A stretch of DNA of 64,000 bases, from contig CM059431.1 of the NCBI GenBank assembly GCA_030390025.1, forward strand, positions 133,922,001 to 133,986,000, in the 5' to 3' direction. Origin of the DNA: Squalus acanthias (taxonomy: Eukaryota). Of this stretch, positions 12,251-24,689 are shown one piece after another. The position numbers and the translations under genes were made by a program. Within the stretch, counting starts at the first letter, position 1. Every line of letters starts with the position of its first letter. The notes under the pieces are model-generated. The model searched no databases and was not told the DNA's origin. It saw nothing but the letters and a program-made list of their open reading frames with translations.

Positions 12251-12483
12251 GTCTGAAAGTCGCCTCTGATGCTGCTGCATTGAAGGTCATCAGAGACTGC
12301 CTGGCCTTTGCTGTGAGAGGACCTGGATGCAACATTCTCATTCTCATTCTCATTCTCTCTCTCTCTCTCTCTCTCTGCTGCTGCTCATTTTGCATCCAGG
12401 TCCACTCACAGCAAAAGCCAGGCAGTTTCTGAAGACCTTCAATGCAGCAGCAATGATGACATCATCAGAGGCGACTTTCAGAC
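12251..12483. repeat. Inverted repeat (~82-94 bp arms) around an (ATTCTC)n/(CT)n microsatellite
   Basis: 12251-12332 is the reverse complement of 12390-12483 apart from a short indel and a few mismatches. Confidence 0.85.
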
Positions 12484-12679
12484 TAAAACCACTAATTGGT
12501 TCATAGGTTCCCACATACTGGAACTCAATTGCCCAATTAGGTGAAAATTGCATCAATCTCCCACATCCAATTGCAGTCGGGTGGATAACACGAAATGCGG
12601 ATGACACGACCCCAACCCGCCCCAGTATCAAAATCCTGTTGTTTGTACAGCAATGCACAGTGTCCTTAATAAAACAGGG

Positions 12680-15600
12680 GCGCTGGAGGCAATAAAACGT
12701 TGAGTGGAACCAGACATAGTAGGGATTATTGAGACATGGCTACAGAAAAATCAGGACTGGGAATTAAACATTGCAGAGTATAACATATTTAGAAAAGATA
12801 GAGAGGGAAAAGGGGAGGTGGAGTAGCTGTAATTATTAGGGATAACATAATGGCAGTAGAAAAAAGTGATACAGCTATCAGCAAGACAGAATAGAATCTT
12901 TGAGTACAGGAGCAAGGATGTCTTACTACAGTTATACAGGGCTTTGGTGAAACCACACCTGGAGTACTGTGTGCAGTTTTGGTCTCCTTACCTAAGAAAG
13001 GATATACTTGCCATAGAGGGAGTGCAGCGAAGGTTCACCAGACTGATTCCTGGGATGGCAGGACTGTCATATTTGGAGAGATTGGGTCGACTAGGCCTGT
13101 ATTCACTAGAGTTTAGTAGAATGAGAGGGGATCTCATTGAAACGTATAAAATTCTGACAGGGCTAGACAGACTGGATGCAGGCAGGATGTTTCCACTGGC
13201 TGGGGGGTCTAGAACGAGGGGTCACAGTCTCAGGATACGGGGTAGGACATTTAGGACTGAGATGAGGAGAAATTTCTTCAGTCAGAGGGTGGTGAACCTG
13301 TGGCATTCTCTACCACAGAAATCTGTGGAGGCAAAGTCACTGAATATATTTAAGAAGGAGATAGATAGATTTCTAGACACAAAAGGCATCAAGGGGTATG
13401 GGGAGAGAGCGGGAATATGGTATTGAGATAGAGGATCAGTCATGATCATATTGAATGGCGGAGCAGGCTCGAAGGGCTGAATGGCCTACTCCTGCTCCTA
13501 TTTTTCTATGTTTCTAGAATCCATGTGGATAGAGATAAAAGATAATAAAGGATCAATCACACTAATAGGGATAGTCTACAGACCACCTGATAGTGGAAGG
13601 GAGGTGGAGGAAGAAATATGTAATCAAATTAGGGAAATTAGTAAAAAACATAGAATAATAATAATGGGGGATTTCAACTACCCTGATATTAATTGGACAG
13701 AAGAGGTAAGTAAAGGGGATAAGGGAATGGAGTTCCTACAATATGTACAGGACTCCTTTCTAACCCAATATGTAAGATGTCCAACAAGCAAGGATTTGCT
13801 ATTGGATCTAGTAATGGGGAATGAACCAGAGCAGATAAAAGAAGTAAAAGTAGGGGAACAGCAAGGCAATAGTGACCATAATATAATACGCTTTAAGATA
13901 ATAATTGAGAATGACATAAGTATGTCGAAGACCAGGGTAATAGATTGGAGAAAGCCGATTTTGAGGGGCTGAGAATAGAACTTGGGAAAATAAAATGGAC
14001 AACAATATTGGCAAACTATGATGTAAAGCAGCAATGGGAAACATTTAAAACAATGTTCAATGGAGTCCAGGAAAAATATATTCCACTAAAATAAAGAACA
14101 AGCTAAACACTAATGAGACACAATGGATGAATAAAAGCCATAAGGGAAAAATTGAGGGTAAGGAACAAGTACATGGACAGCAGGGGAGAGCATGACAAGA
14201 GAGAAAATGAAGAGATTAGGAGAGAAGTCAAAAAAACAATTAGGAAGACAAAGAAAATTAAATTATCAAGGAACATAAAACAAAACAGTAAAATATTTTA
14301 CAGGCACATGAATAAAAAGGTCAGGATGGGAATAGGGCCACTAAGAGATGGATAGGATAATACCACAGGCAGCGATAGAGAGATGGCAGAAATATAAAAT
14401 AATTACTTTGCTTCAGTATTTACCAGGGAGACAGAACAGGTGGACAGGACATCGGATGATGAGATTAGAAATGAGATAACTGAATTTAAAATAAAAAGAG
14501 GAGATATTAGAATCTAGGGAAGTGATAGCAGAGTCATTAATACACATATTTAACAATTCATTAGAAAAAGGTGTAGTGCCAGAGGAATGGCAGATAGCTA
14601 ACATAATACCTATATTTAAGAAGGGAGATAGAACATGTCCAGGGAACTATAGATCAGTCAGCTTAACATCAGTGGTCGGAAAAATAATGGAATCCCTACT
14701 AAAGGAGAAAATAGAAGAACATCTAGAAACCAAAAATATAATAATGAATAGTCAGCATGAATTTCAAAAGGGAAAGTTTTGCTTGACCAACCTCATTGAA
14801 TTTTTTGAAGAGGTAACAGAGAGAGTAGACAAGGGTAATGTAGTAGATGTAATTTATCTAGATTTTTAAAGGCCTTCGATAAGGTACCACATAATAGACT
14901 AATGAATAAGGTCAGAGAATGCGGAGTCAGAGGACAAGTAGCAGAATGGATAGCTAGCTGGCTTCAGGACAGAAAGCAGAGAGTAGGGGTACAGGGTAGC
15001 TATTCACAGTGGCAGAAGGTGGGAAGTGGTGTTCCACAAGGATCAGTGCTGGGACCACTGTTGTTCACCATTTGTATTAACAATTTAGGCTTTGGAATCA
15101 AAAACACAATTTCTAAATTTGCGGATGACACCAAATTGGGGGGATCGTCAATACTGAGGAGGAACGCAACAAATTACTGGAAGACATTAATAAACGTGCA
15201 GAATGAGCATATAATTAGCAAATGAATTTCAACACAGGTAATTGTGAGGTAAGAAAAATAGTGAGGTCACATATTACTTGGAAAATACTAATCTAAATGG
15301 GTTAGAAGAGCAAAGAGATCTCGAGTACAAATACACAAAATCACTAAAAATAGCGACACAGGTTAACAAGGCCATACAAAAGCAAACCAAGCACTAGGGT
15401 TTATTTTTAGAGGGATAGAATTGAAAAGTAGTGAAGTTATGCTAAACTTGTATCAAACCTTGGTTAGACCACACTTGGAGTACTGCGTACAATTCTGGTT
15501 GCCATATTATAAAAAGGATATAGAGGCAACAGAGAGGGTGCAGAGAAGATTTACAAGGATGATACCAGAAATGTGAGGGTATACCTATCAGGAAAGGATG

Positions 15601-15960
15601 AACAGGTTGGGTCTCTTTTCTCTTGAAAAAAGAAGGTTGAGGGGTGACCTAATTGAGGTCCTTAAAATTATGAAAGGTTTTGATAGAGTAGATGCAGAGA
15701 GAGTGTTTCTACTTGTGGGGAAGAGCAAAACTAGAGACCAAGAAATCAAATAGGGAATTCAGAAGGAACTTCTTTACCCAGAGAGTGGTGAGAATGTGGA
15801 ACTCACCACCACAGGGAGTGGTTGAAGCGAACAGTATAGATACATTTAAGGGGCAGTCAGATAAGCATATGAGGGAGAAGGGAATAGAGGGTTATGCTGA
15901 TAGAGTTAGATGAGGAAAGACGGGAGGAGGCTCGAGTGGAGCATAAACGCCAGCATGGAC
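12680..15960 (+). mobile_element. Older AT-rich CR1 ORF2 with many stops
   Basis: Endonuclease and RT motifs in ORFs 13481, 14522, 14902 and 15692. Confidence 0.9.
12899..13514 (+). mobile_element. Young CR1 3' fragment nested in an older CR1
   Basis: TSD TAGAATC at 12892-98 and 13515-21. Confidence 0.9.
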
Positions 15961-17468
15961 TGGCCCCCTTGTAACAGCTGCCTCTACCCGAGGAAATAGT
16001 CTCTGAACATCCACTCTATCTATCCCCCTCATCATCTTATAAACCTCTATTAAGTCGCCTCTCATCCTCCTCCGCTCTAAAGAGAAAAGCCCCAACTCCC
16101 TCAATCTTTCCTCATAAGACCTCCCCCCCAAACCAGGCAGCATCCTGGTAAATCTCCTTTGCACTCTTTCCAATGCTTCCACGTCCTTCCTATAGTGAGG
16201 TGACCAGAACTGCACACAATATTCCAAATGTGGTCTCACCAAGGTCCTGTACAGTTGCAGCATAACCTCACGGTTCTTAAACTCAAACCCTCTGTTAATA
16301 AACGCCAACACACCATAGGCCTTCTTTACTGCTCTGTCCACTTGAGTGGCAACCTTCAGAGATCTGTGGATATGAACCCCCAGATCCCTCTGCTCCTCCA
16401 CGTTCCTCAGAACCCTGCCGTTGACCCTGTAATCCTTATTCAAATTTGCCCTACCAAAATGAATCACCTCGCACTTATCAGGGTTAAATTCCATCTGCCA
16501 TTTTTCGGCCCAGCTCTGCATCCTATCAATGTCTCTTTGCAGCCTACAACTGCCCTCCACCTCATCCACTACTCCACCAATCTTGGTGTCATCAGCAAAT
16601 GTACTGATCCACCCTTCAGTCCCCTCCTCCAAGTCATTGATAAAAATCACAAACAGCAGAGGACCCAGCACCGACCCCTGTGGCACACCGCTGGTAACTG
16701 GTCTCCAGTCCGAAAATGTTCCATCCACCACCACCCTCTGCCTTCTATGAGATAGCCAGTTACTTATCCAATCGGCCAAATTTCCCTCTATCCCACAACT
16801 CCTTACTTTCTTCATGAGACGACCATGGGGAACCTTATCAAACGCCTTACTAAAATCCATGTATACGACATCAACTGCTCTACCTTCATCTACACACTTA
16901 GTTACCTCCTCAAAGAATTCAATCAAATTTGTTAGGCAAGACTTACCCTTCACGAATCCGTGTTGACTATCCCTGATTAAGTTGCCCCTTTCCAAATGGT
17001 CATAAATCCTATCCCTCAGGACCTTTTCCATTATCTTACCAACCACCGAAGTAAGACTAACCGGCCTATAATTACCAGGGTCATTCCTATTTCCTTTCTT
17101 GAAGAGAGGAACAACATTCGCCACTCTCCAGTCCTCTGGCACCATCCCCGTGGACAGTGAGGACCCAAAGATCAAAGCCAGAGGCTCTGCAATCTCCTCC
17201 CTTGCCTCCCAAAGAATCCTAGGATATATCCCATCTGGCCCAGGGGACTTATCGACCCTCAGGTTCTTCAAAATTGCTAAAACATCTTCCCTCAGAACAT
17301 CTACCACCTCCAGCCTATCCACCTTTATCACACTCTCATCCTCAAGAACATGGCCCCTCTCCTCGGTGAACACTGACGAAAAGTATTCATTCATCACCTC
17401 TCCTATCTCTTCTGACTCCATGCACAAGTTCCCACTACTGTCCTTGACCGGCCCTACCCTCACCTGGA
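15961..17468 (-). mobile_element. CR1 ORF2 RT segment, ~500 uninterrupted codons, truncated at both ends
   Basis: ORF 15892-17472 spans the full RT domain and lacks a 3' UTR. Confidence 0.93.
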
Positions 17469-17469
17469 C

Positions 17470-18925
17470 CAAATGGATTGTTTTTGTGCCGTATATCCTA
17501 TGTAATGAAATTCACATCAACGACGTGTTTACTCCCAGCCGACTGGGAGATCCTGGATATATCTCCGGTAGCACACTGGTCAATGTTAGGAGAGGGTGTT
17601 TAGACAAGTGCTAGCCATTAAAATGCCGTGCAGCCTCCTTAATGAGTGCTAGCAGGCATTTTAAGTGGCAATCAGCCCCTTAACGTGCCTCCGGGCAACC
17701 TTTCCTAGCGCAGGCTCCAACTCCTTTACCAATAAGACATCTTGCGCTAAACGCAGGCTAAACCGACATTTCAGCTCAAGACCCCATCTTGGCCACCTCG
17801 GAGGATCTTTAGCACCTGAATGTGCCACCTCAGTGCTCACAGCAGCTTTCTTACCTCCCACTGGGAAAGGGTTTGCTGAAAGTACTTGTGATGAGAGGCT
17901 AATTTGTGGACTTTGAAAGTATTGATTAGGATGGTTGGTGCCATGGCTGCCTTAGATTGCACCTTGGACTGGGAGCAACAGCCTGCTGTGGAGAGACCTA
18001 AGGTGGTCAGCTGAAAGGGGAGCAGCAGAGAGGGAAGGAGCAGCAGAGAGGGAAGTAGCAGTGGGGTCAAGGTCACAGGAGGCACTACCTGTATAATAGG
18101 GTGTACAGGTAGAGGTTCAGCCTCCCTGACCTCTTGGAAGAGCATAGCTTCCAGAGGCTGAGATTGTCATGTCAGGTGGTGGCAGACATGTGCAGCCTCC
18201 TAGAAGACCTGCTCCCTGTTGAACCTGGTGGCCACGCATTATCAGCATCTGTGAAAGTGACCACTGTCCACAATTTCTTCACCTCCGGATCCTTCCAGGG
18301 CGCTATCCAGGATCTCCCAGTCGGCTGTACATAAATGCAGGACACTGATGGATTGTTTGCCAGTTCCGGCAATTATGTCAACTTTGTCTGTGATGACACT
18401 AATCAGAATGAGCGGGTGCTTGGGTTTGCGTTTCTGGCTCGCTTCCCACAGGTGCAGGATATCATCAACTGCACACACATGGCAATCCGCGCACACCCAG
18501 ATCAACCAGGAGTATTCGTCAACCGCAAGGGATTCGATTTGATCAATGTTCAGCTGGTGTGCAACCACAAGAAAAGGTTAATGCAGGTCTGTACCAGATT
18601 CCCGGGGAGCTGCCATGATGCTTTCATCCTGCGGCAGTCCAAGCTCCCCAACCTCTTTGGACCTGCAACCAGACTTAAGGGGTGGCTGCTAGGAGACAAA
18701 GGATACCCCCCTTCAAACTTGGCTGATGACACCAGTGAGGAACCCCACCAATGAAGCCGAAGTGTGGTAAGATGACAGCCATACGACGACCAGATGTGTT
18801 AGTGAGCAAGCGATCGGCATGCTCAAGATGCGCTTCAGATGCCTGGACAGATCTGGAGGCGCCCTTCAGTACTCGCCAGCAAGGGTCTCCAGAATGATTG
18901 TGATGTGCTCTGCTCTGCACAGCAT
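17470..18925 (+). mobile_element. Decayed Harbinger transposase remnant
   Basis: Frameshifted motifs INCTH, NRKGF, FPGSCHDAFIL and LLGDKGY. Confidence 0.8.
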
Positions 18926-18927
18926 TA

Positions 18928-21900
18928 CATAGGAACAGGAGTAGGCCATTTAGCCCCTCGAGCCTGTTCTGCCATTCAATGAGATCATGGCTGATCTGTG
19001 ATCTAACTCCATATACCTGCCTTTTCCCCATATCCCTTAATACCTTTGGTTAACAAATATCTATCAATCTCAAATTTAAAAATAACAATTGACATAGCAT
19101 CGACTGCATTTGCGGAAGAGAGTTCCAAACTTCTACCACCCTTTGTGTGTAGAAGTGTTTCCTAACTTCACTCCTGAAAGGCCTGGCTCTAAATTTTAGG
19201 CTATGTCCCCTAGTCCTAGACTCCCAAACCAACGCAAATAGTTTCTCTTTATCTACCCTATCAGTTCTGCTTAATAGCTTGAAAACTTCAACCAAATCAC
19301 CCCTTCACCCTCTAAATTCCAGAGAATACAACCTTAGTTTATGTAATCGCTCCTTGTAATTTAACCCTTGGGAGCCCAGGTATCATTCTGATAAATCTAT
19401 GCTGCACTCCCTCCAAGGCCAAAATATCCTTCCTAAGGTGTGATGCCCAGAACTGCTCAGAGTACTCCAGGTATGGTTTAACCAGGGCTTTGTATAGCTG
19501 TAGCATAACTTCTACTCCCCTTGTATTCTAGTGCTCTAGATATAAAGCCCAGCATTCCATTAGCCCTTTTGATTATCTCTGTACCTGTCCATGACATTTT
19601 AATGATCTATGTACGTGGACCACTAAGTCTCTTTGAACCTGCACTGTTTCTAGCTTTTCACCATTTAGAAAGTACGCTGACCTATCTTTTTTACTTCCAA
19701 AGTGGATGATGTCAGACTTGCCTACATTGAAATCCATTTGCCACAGTTTTACACATTCACTTAATCTATTAATATCCCTTTGAAATTTTATGCTTCCATC
19801 AGCAAAATTGGATATGTGGCTCTCTATCCCATCATCTAAGTTGTTAATAAATACAGTGAATAGTTGAGGCCCCAACACAGATCTCTGTGGGACACCACAA
19901 GTCACATTCTACTAATTAGAGTACCTGCCCATTATCCCTACTCTCTGTCTCCTGGCGCTCAGCCAATTTCCGAATCAGGTCAATAATTTGTCTTCATTTC
20001 CATGAGCTTCAACTTTAGCTAACAGTCTCTTAGGAGAGACGTTATCAAATGCCTTCTGGAAGTCCATATAAGTAACATCCACAGACATTCCCCTGTCCAC
20101 TACTTTAATCACTTCAAAAAATTCAATCAGCTTCGTCAGGCATGACCTACCCTTTACTAATCCATGTTGGCTCTCTCTAATCAGCTGAACGTTTTCAAGG
20201 TGTTCAGTGATTCTATCCTTAATTACAGACTCTGGTAATTTCCTGACAACAGATGTTAGGCTAACTGGTCTATAATTCACTGGTTTCCCTCTCTCACCTT
20301 TCTTGAATAGTGGAGTGACATGTACCAATTATTAATCTAATAGAAAGGTTCCTGAATCATGAGAACTTTGGAAGATTATAGTTAGGGCATATGCAATGTT
20401 CTCACCTACTTCCTTTAAACCCTGGGATGGAAACCATCTGGTCCTGGGGATTTGTCACTCTTTAGTGCCATTATTTTCTTCATTACTGTTATTTTGCTTA
20501 CGTTAATTTTGCTGAGTCCCTGTCCCTGATTCAATGTTAGTTACATTGGGATGTCCGGCATGCTATCCTCTTCCTCTACTGTAAATACTGACGCAAAATA
20601 ATTATTCAACATCTCAGTTTTTGAAAGGGTTGGCTATAAAGATAGTGGATGCATTGGTTGTCATTTTCCAAAATTTCATAGATTCTAGAACTATTGGAAG
20701 GTATCAAATGTAACCCCACTATTTAAGAAAGGAGGGAGAGAGAAAACGGGGAACTACAGACCAGTTAGCCTGACATCAGTAGTAGGGAAAATGCTAGAAT
20801 CTATTATTAAGGACGTGGTAACAGGGCACTTAGAAAATAATAATAGGATTGGGCAGAGTCAACACAGATTTATGAAAGGGAAATTGTGTTTGACAAATCT
20901 ATTAGAGTTTTTTGAGGTTGTAACTTGCAGAATAGATAAGGGGGAACCAGTGGATGTGGTGTAACTAGTGGGGTACCACAAGGATCAGTGCTTGGGCCTC
21001 AGCTATTCACAATCTACATCAATGATTTGGATGAGGGGACCAAATGTAATACGTCCAAGTTTGCTGATGATACAAAGCTGGGTGGGAATGTAAGTTGTGA
21101 GGAGGATACAAGGAGGCTTCAAGGGGATACAGACAGGCTAAGTGAGTGGGCAAGAACAGGGCAAATGGAATATAATGTGGAGAAATGTGAAGTTATCCAC
21201 TTTGGTAGGAAAAATAGAAAAGCAGAGTATTTCCAAATGGTGAGAGATGTTGGTGTTCAGAGGGACCTGGGTGTCCTGGTACACGAATCACTGAAAGTTA
21301 ACATGCAGGTACAGCAAGCAATTAGGAAAGCAAATGGTATGTTGGCCTTTATTACAAGAGGATTTGAGTATAACAGTAAAGATGTCTTACTGCAATTATA
21401 TTGAGCCCTGGTGAGACCACACCTGGAGTATTGTGTAAAGTTTTGGTCTCCTTACCTAAGGAAGGATATACTTGCCATAGAGGGAGTGTAACGAAGGTTC
21501 ACCAGACTGGTTCCTAGGATGGGGGGATTGTCCTATGAGAAGAGATTGAGTAGACTAGGCCTATATTCTCTAGAGTTTAGAAGAATGAGAGGTGATCTAA
21601 TTGAAACATACAAAATTCTTACAGGGCTTGACATGGTAGATGCAGGGAGGATGTTTCCCCTGGCTGGGGAGTCTAGAACCAGGGGTCACAGTCTCAGAAT
21701 AAGGGGTCGGCCATTTAGGACTGAGATGATGAGAAATTTCTTCACTCAGAGGGTGGTGAATCTTTGGAATTCTCTACCCCAGAGGGCTGTGAAGGCTCAG
21801 TCGTTGAGTATATTCAAGACAGAGATCGATAGATTTTTGAATATTAAGGGAATCAAGGGATATGAGGATAGTTCAGGAAAGTGGAGATGAGGTAGAAGAT

Positions 21901-22145
21901 CAGCCATGATCTTATTGAATGGCTCGAGGGGCCAAATGGACGATTCCTGCTCCTATTTCTTATGTTCTTATGTTAAAATAATTATTCAACATTTCCGCCA
22001 TTTCCTTATTTTCATTTACAATTTCACTGCTATCAGTTAACAACGGGCCCACATAGCTCCTGACCACCCTTTTTTTGTATTATAATGGGAAAAAAATTGT
22101 GTTGATTTTGATATCTCTTGCCAGTTTCTTTTCATATTCCCTTTT
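18928..22145 (-). mobile_element. Decayed CR1 interrupted by a + strand CR1
   Basis: ORFs 19050, 19573 and 19975. Sequence resumes at 21975. Confidence 0.88.
20613..21974 (+). mobile_element. CR1 3' part with an internal deletion
   Basis: 18-bp TSD AAAATAATTATTCAACAT at 20595-612 and 21975-92. Deletion near 20962. Confidence 0.9.
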
Positions 22146-22149
22146 CTGC

Positions 22150-22900
22150 CAGAAGATGAGTCCATCTCAGGCTCCTCCTGAGGACCCACCATCATAGAAG
22201 CCAGTTTTCAGCCAATTCGATTCACTCGATGTGATATCAAGAAACGGCTAAGCGCATTGGATACAGCAAAGGCTATGGGCCCCGACAACATCCCGGCTGT
22301 CGTGCTGAAGACTTGGGGGGAAAAATAGGGTTGCTTTGCGCTTCCCGTTAGCGCCCCCATTCAGCGGGAGGTTAGCGGCGGTGGTACCAATAGCGCCCCA
22401 CGGCACTGCGCCTTCAGCAATGACATCATCACCGTGCGTAACGCCCCGACCTACCGCTGGACGATATGTCCGACGGGGTCAGGGTGGCGCTTTTGCAAAT
22501 TAAAGGGCAGGTGCCGAGCGGCCATTTCTTTTTGGGCCACCTGCCAGCACTTGCCCCCTTCCGCTTCTTCATGTGGGGTGCCGGCCATCAATTTACGGCG
22601 CAGGGGTGCTAACTTTTTCGGGGCGCCCTGGCGAAGTTAGCGCCCCAAAGGGGGCGCGACCAAATTTTTCCCCCTTGTGCTCCAGAACTAGGCGCGTCAC
22701 TAGCCAAGCTGTTCCAGTACAGCTATAACACTGGTATCTACCCGACAAAGTGGAAAATTGCCCAGCTATGGTCTGTTCACAAAAAGGACAAATCCGATCC
22801 GGCCAATTACTGCCCCATCAGTCTACTCTCGATCATCAGCAAAGTGATGGAAGGTGTCATCGACAGTGCTATCAAGTGGCACTTACTCACCAATAACCTG
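22150..22900 (+). mobile_element. Fragment of a second CR1/L2-group LINE lineage, split by a MITE
   Basis: KAMGPDNIP...NYCPISLLS. Confidence 0.8.
22316..22674. mobile_element. 359-bp Harbinger MITE related to the 51-55 kb element
   Basis: TIRs GGGGGAAAAAT / ATTTTTCCCCC. TSD TTG at 22313-15 and 22675-77 interrupts the LINE sequence gaagacTTGtgctcc. Both ends resemble the ends of the full element, in reverse orientation. Confidence 0.88.
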
Positions 22901-22937
22901 GTATATTCATATCCCAGTCCTGACCATCTTGCAGCCA

Positions 22938-23378
22938 TTCTTCTTCTTCTTCTTCTTCTTAGGAACGGAGGATGACTGTCTTCCACACTAAAAATGAGTT
23001 CTCAGGTGACTGATGAGTCCAATGCGGGACCTACAGTATCTGTCACAGGTGGGGCAGACAGTGGTTGAAGGGACGGGTGGGTGGGGTGCTTGGGTTGACT
23101 TGCGCTCTGACGTAAGAAAACTACTAGGCACTTGGTCTGAGTATTAAACAAGGCTTTAATAAGCTGTTTTTCAACATGGAGATCTAGTTGTGTCCTTCAC
23201 TAGTTCCTGTTAAAGAACGTCCTGAGCAAGCTGGGCCCATGCCCGAGTATTTATACTCTCCCTGGACAGCGCCACCAGCAGGCCGCCCAGTATTATTTCA
23301 TAAGTCATTTCCACATGAATGACAAGATTCATGTCACGCTCCTTCCGTTGTTTGCACTTGGCTTCCGCTTGCTCCCTA
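22938..23378 (-). mobile_element. RTE-clade LINE 3' fragment with (AAG)n tail; hosts the solo LTR
   Basis: C-terminal CPTCDR..RSRIGLISHLRTH zinc knuckle and a trinucleotide tail. Confidence 0.7.
23108..23336 (-). mobile_element. Solo LTR (229 bp)
   Basis: TGAC...GTCA termini and 5-bp TSD CGCTC at 23103-07 and 23337-41. TATAAATA followed by ATTAAA on the minus strand. Confidence 0.85.
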
Positions 23379-23389
23379 TGTCTCAGTAA

Positions 23390-24680
23390 TGGCTACCATG
23401 TCATACCCTCAAAGTTGAATCTGCGCCTGCAATTCATTCAAGTTGTTCCTTATACTCCGCGCGTTTGTATAAAGAACACTTATTTGGGCCACACACCCTA
23501 TCCTATCCTTTTGCTTTAATGTTGTTTTTTCACACATTTCTTAATTCTCTCTCCTGATTTAACTACTTTACATCTTTTAGTTTTCCCTTTACCTGTAGCG
23601 CCTCAAGCACAATTTCTGACTAAACCTCTACTCTATTCCCTTTCATTTGTTTTAGAATTATTATTTATACCTTTTCCACCTGAGCCCTCCCCTACATCCA
23701 CATTTACTAGTTTAAAGGCCTTGTGACCGCCCTATCCGTCCTTTCCGCTAGGACCCTGATCCCAGCCGGTTCAGATGGAGTCCGTCCCAATGGTACAGTT
23801 ACTTCATGTCTCAGTACTGGTGCCAATGTCCCATGAAATGGAACTCATCTTTCCCACAACACTCCTTCAGCCACATGTTCACCTCCCAAATCTGTTTATC
23901 CCTACACCAATTTGCACATGGCTCGGGTAATAATCCAGAGATTATAATCCTCGAGGTCTTTTTTAATTTAGCTCCTAGCTTCTGGTACTCTCTGAACAGG
24001 ACCTCTTGCCTACTCTTTCCTATGTGTTGGTCGCAACGTGGGCCACAACGACAGCATCCTCCCCCTCCCTCTCCAATATCCTTTCAAGCCAGTTCAAGAT
24101 GTCCCTCACCTTGGCACCAGGTAGGCAACATACCATATGGGATTCTCGATCATTCTTACAAAGGATGCTATCTGTCCCCCGAATTATTGAATCCCCTACA
24201 ACTAGCACATTACGCTTCCCCTCCTCCTCCCTTTGGACAGCCTCCTGCTCCAAAGTGCCATGGTCAGCATTCTGCCTGTCCTTCCGACAGTCTTTACCCT
24301 TATCCTCACAGGTAGAAAGTTAATTGTGCCTGTCGGATAGGATCAGTTTCTGCGGCTCCTCGTTCTCTATCTCACCTTTACTCTGCACACTATCGATCAC
24401 ACCAACCCCATTCTGATCCTGCACCTCTCTACGAGGTGTGACCGAGGTCTGGAGCAAACTGTCCAGATACTCCTCCTCCTCCCTTATGTGTCGGAGTGTC
24501 TCCAACTCGCACTTCAGCTCAATGACTCTGAGCCAGAGAGATTCAAGGTGGAGACATCTACGGCAGACGTTTTCACTCGGGACAGTCTCGCTGTCCACAA
24601 ACTCCTAAATACTGCAGTCCAAACTCACAACCTGCTCTGCCATATCTTAGTTTATATTTATTTATAGATAATTACATTTT
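23390..24680 (-). mobile_element. CR1 ORF1 remnant
   Basis: VVGDSIIRG and VCCLPGA in ORFs 24020 and 24320. Confidence 0.8.
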
Positions 24681-24689
24681 AGTCATTGC

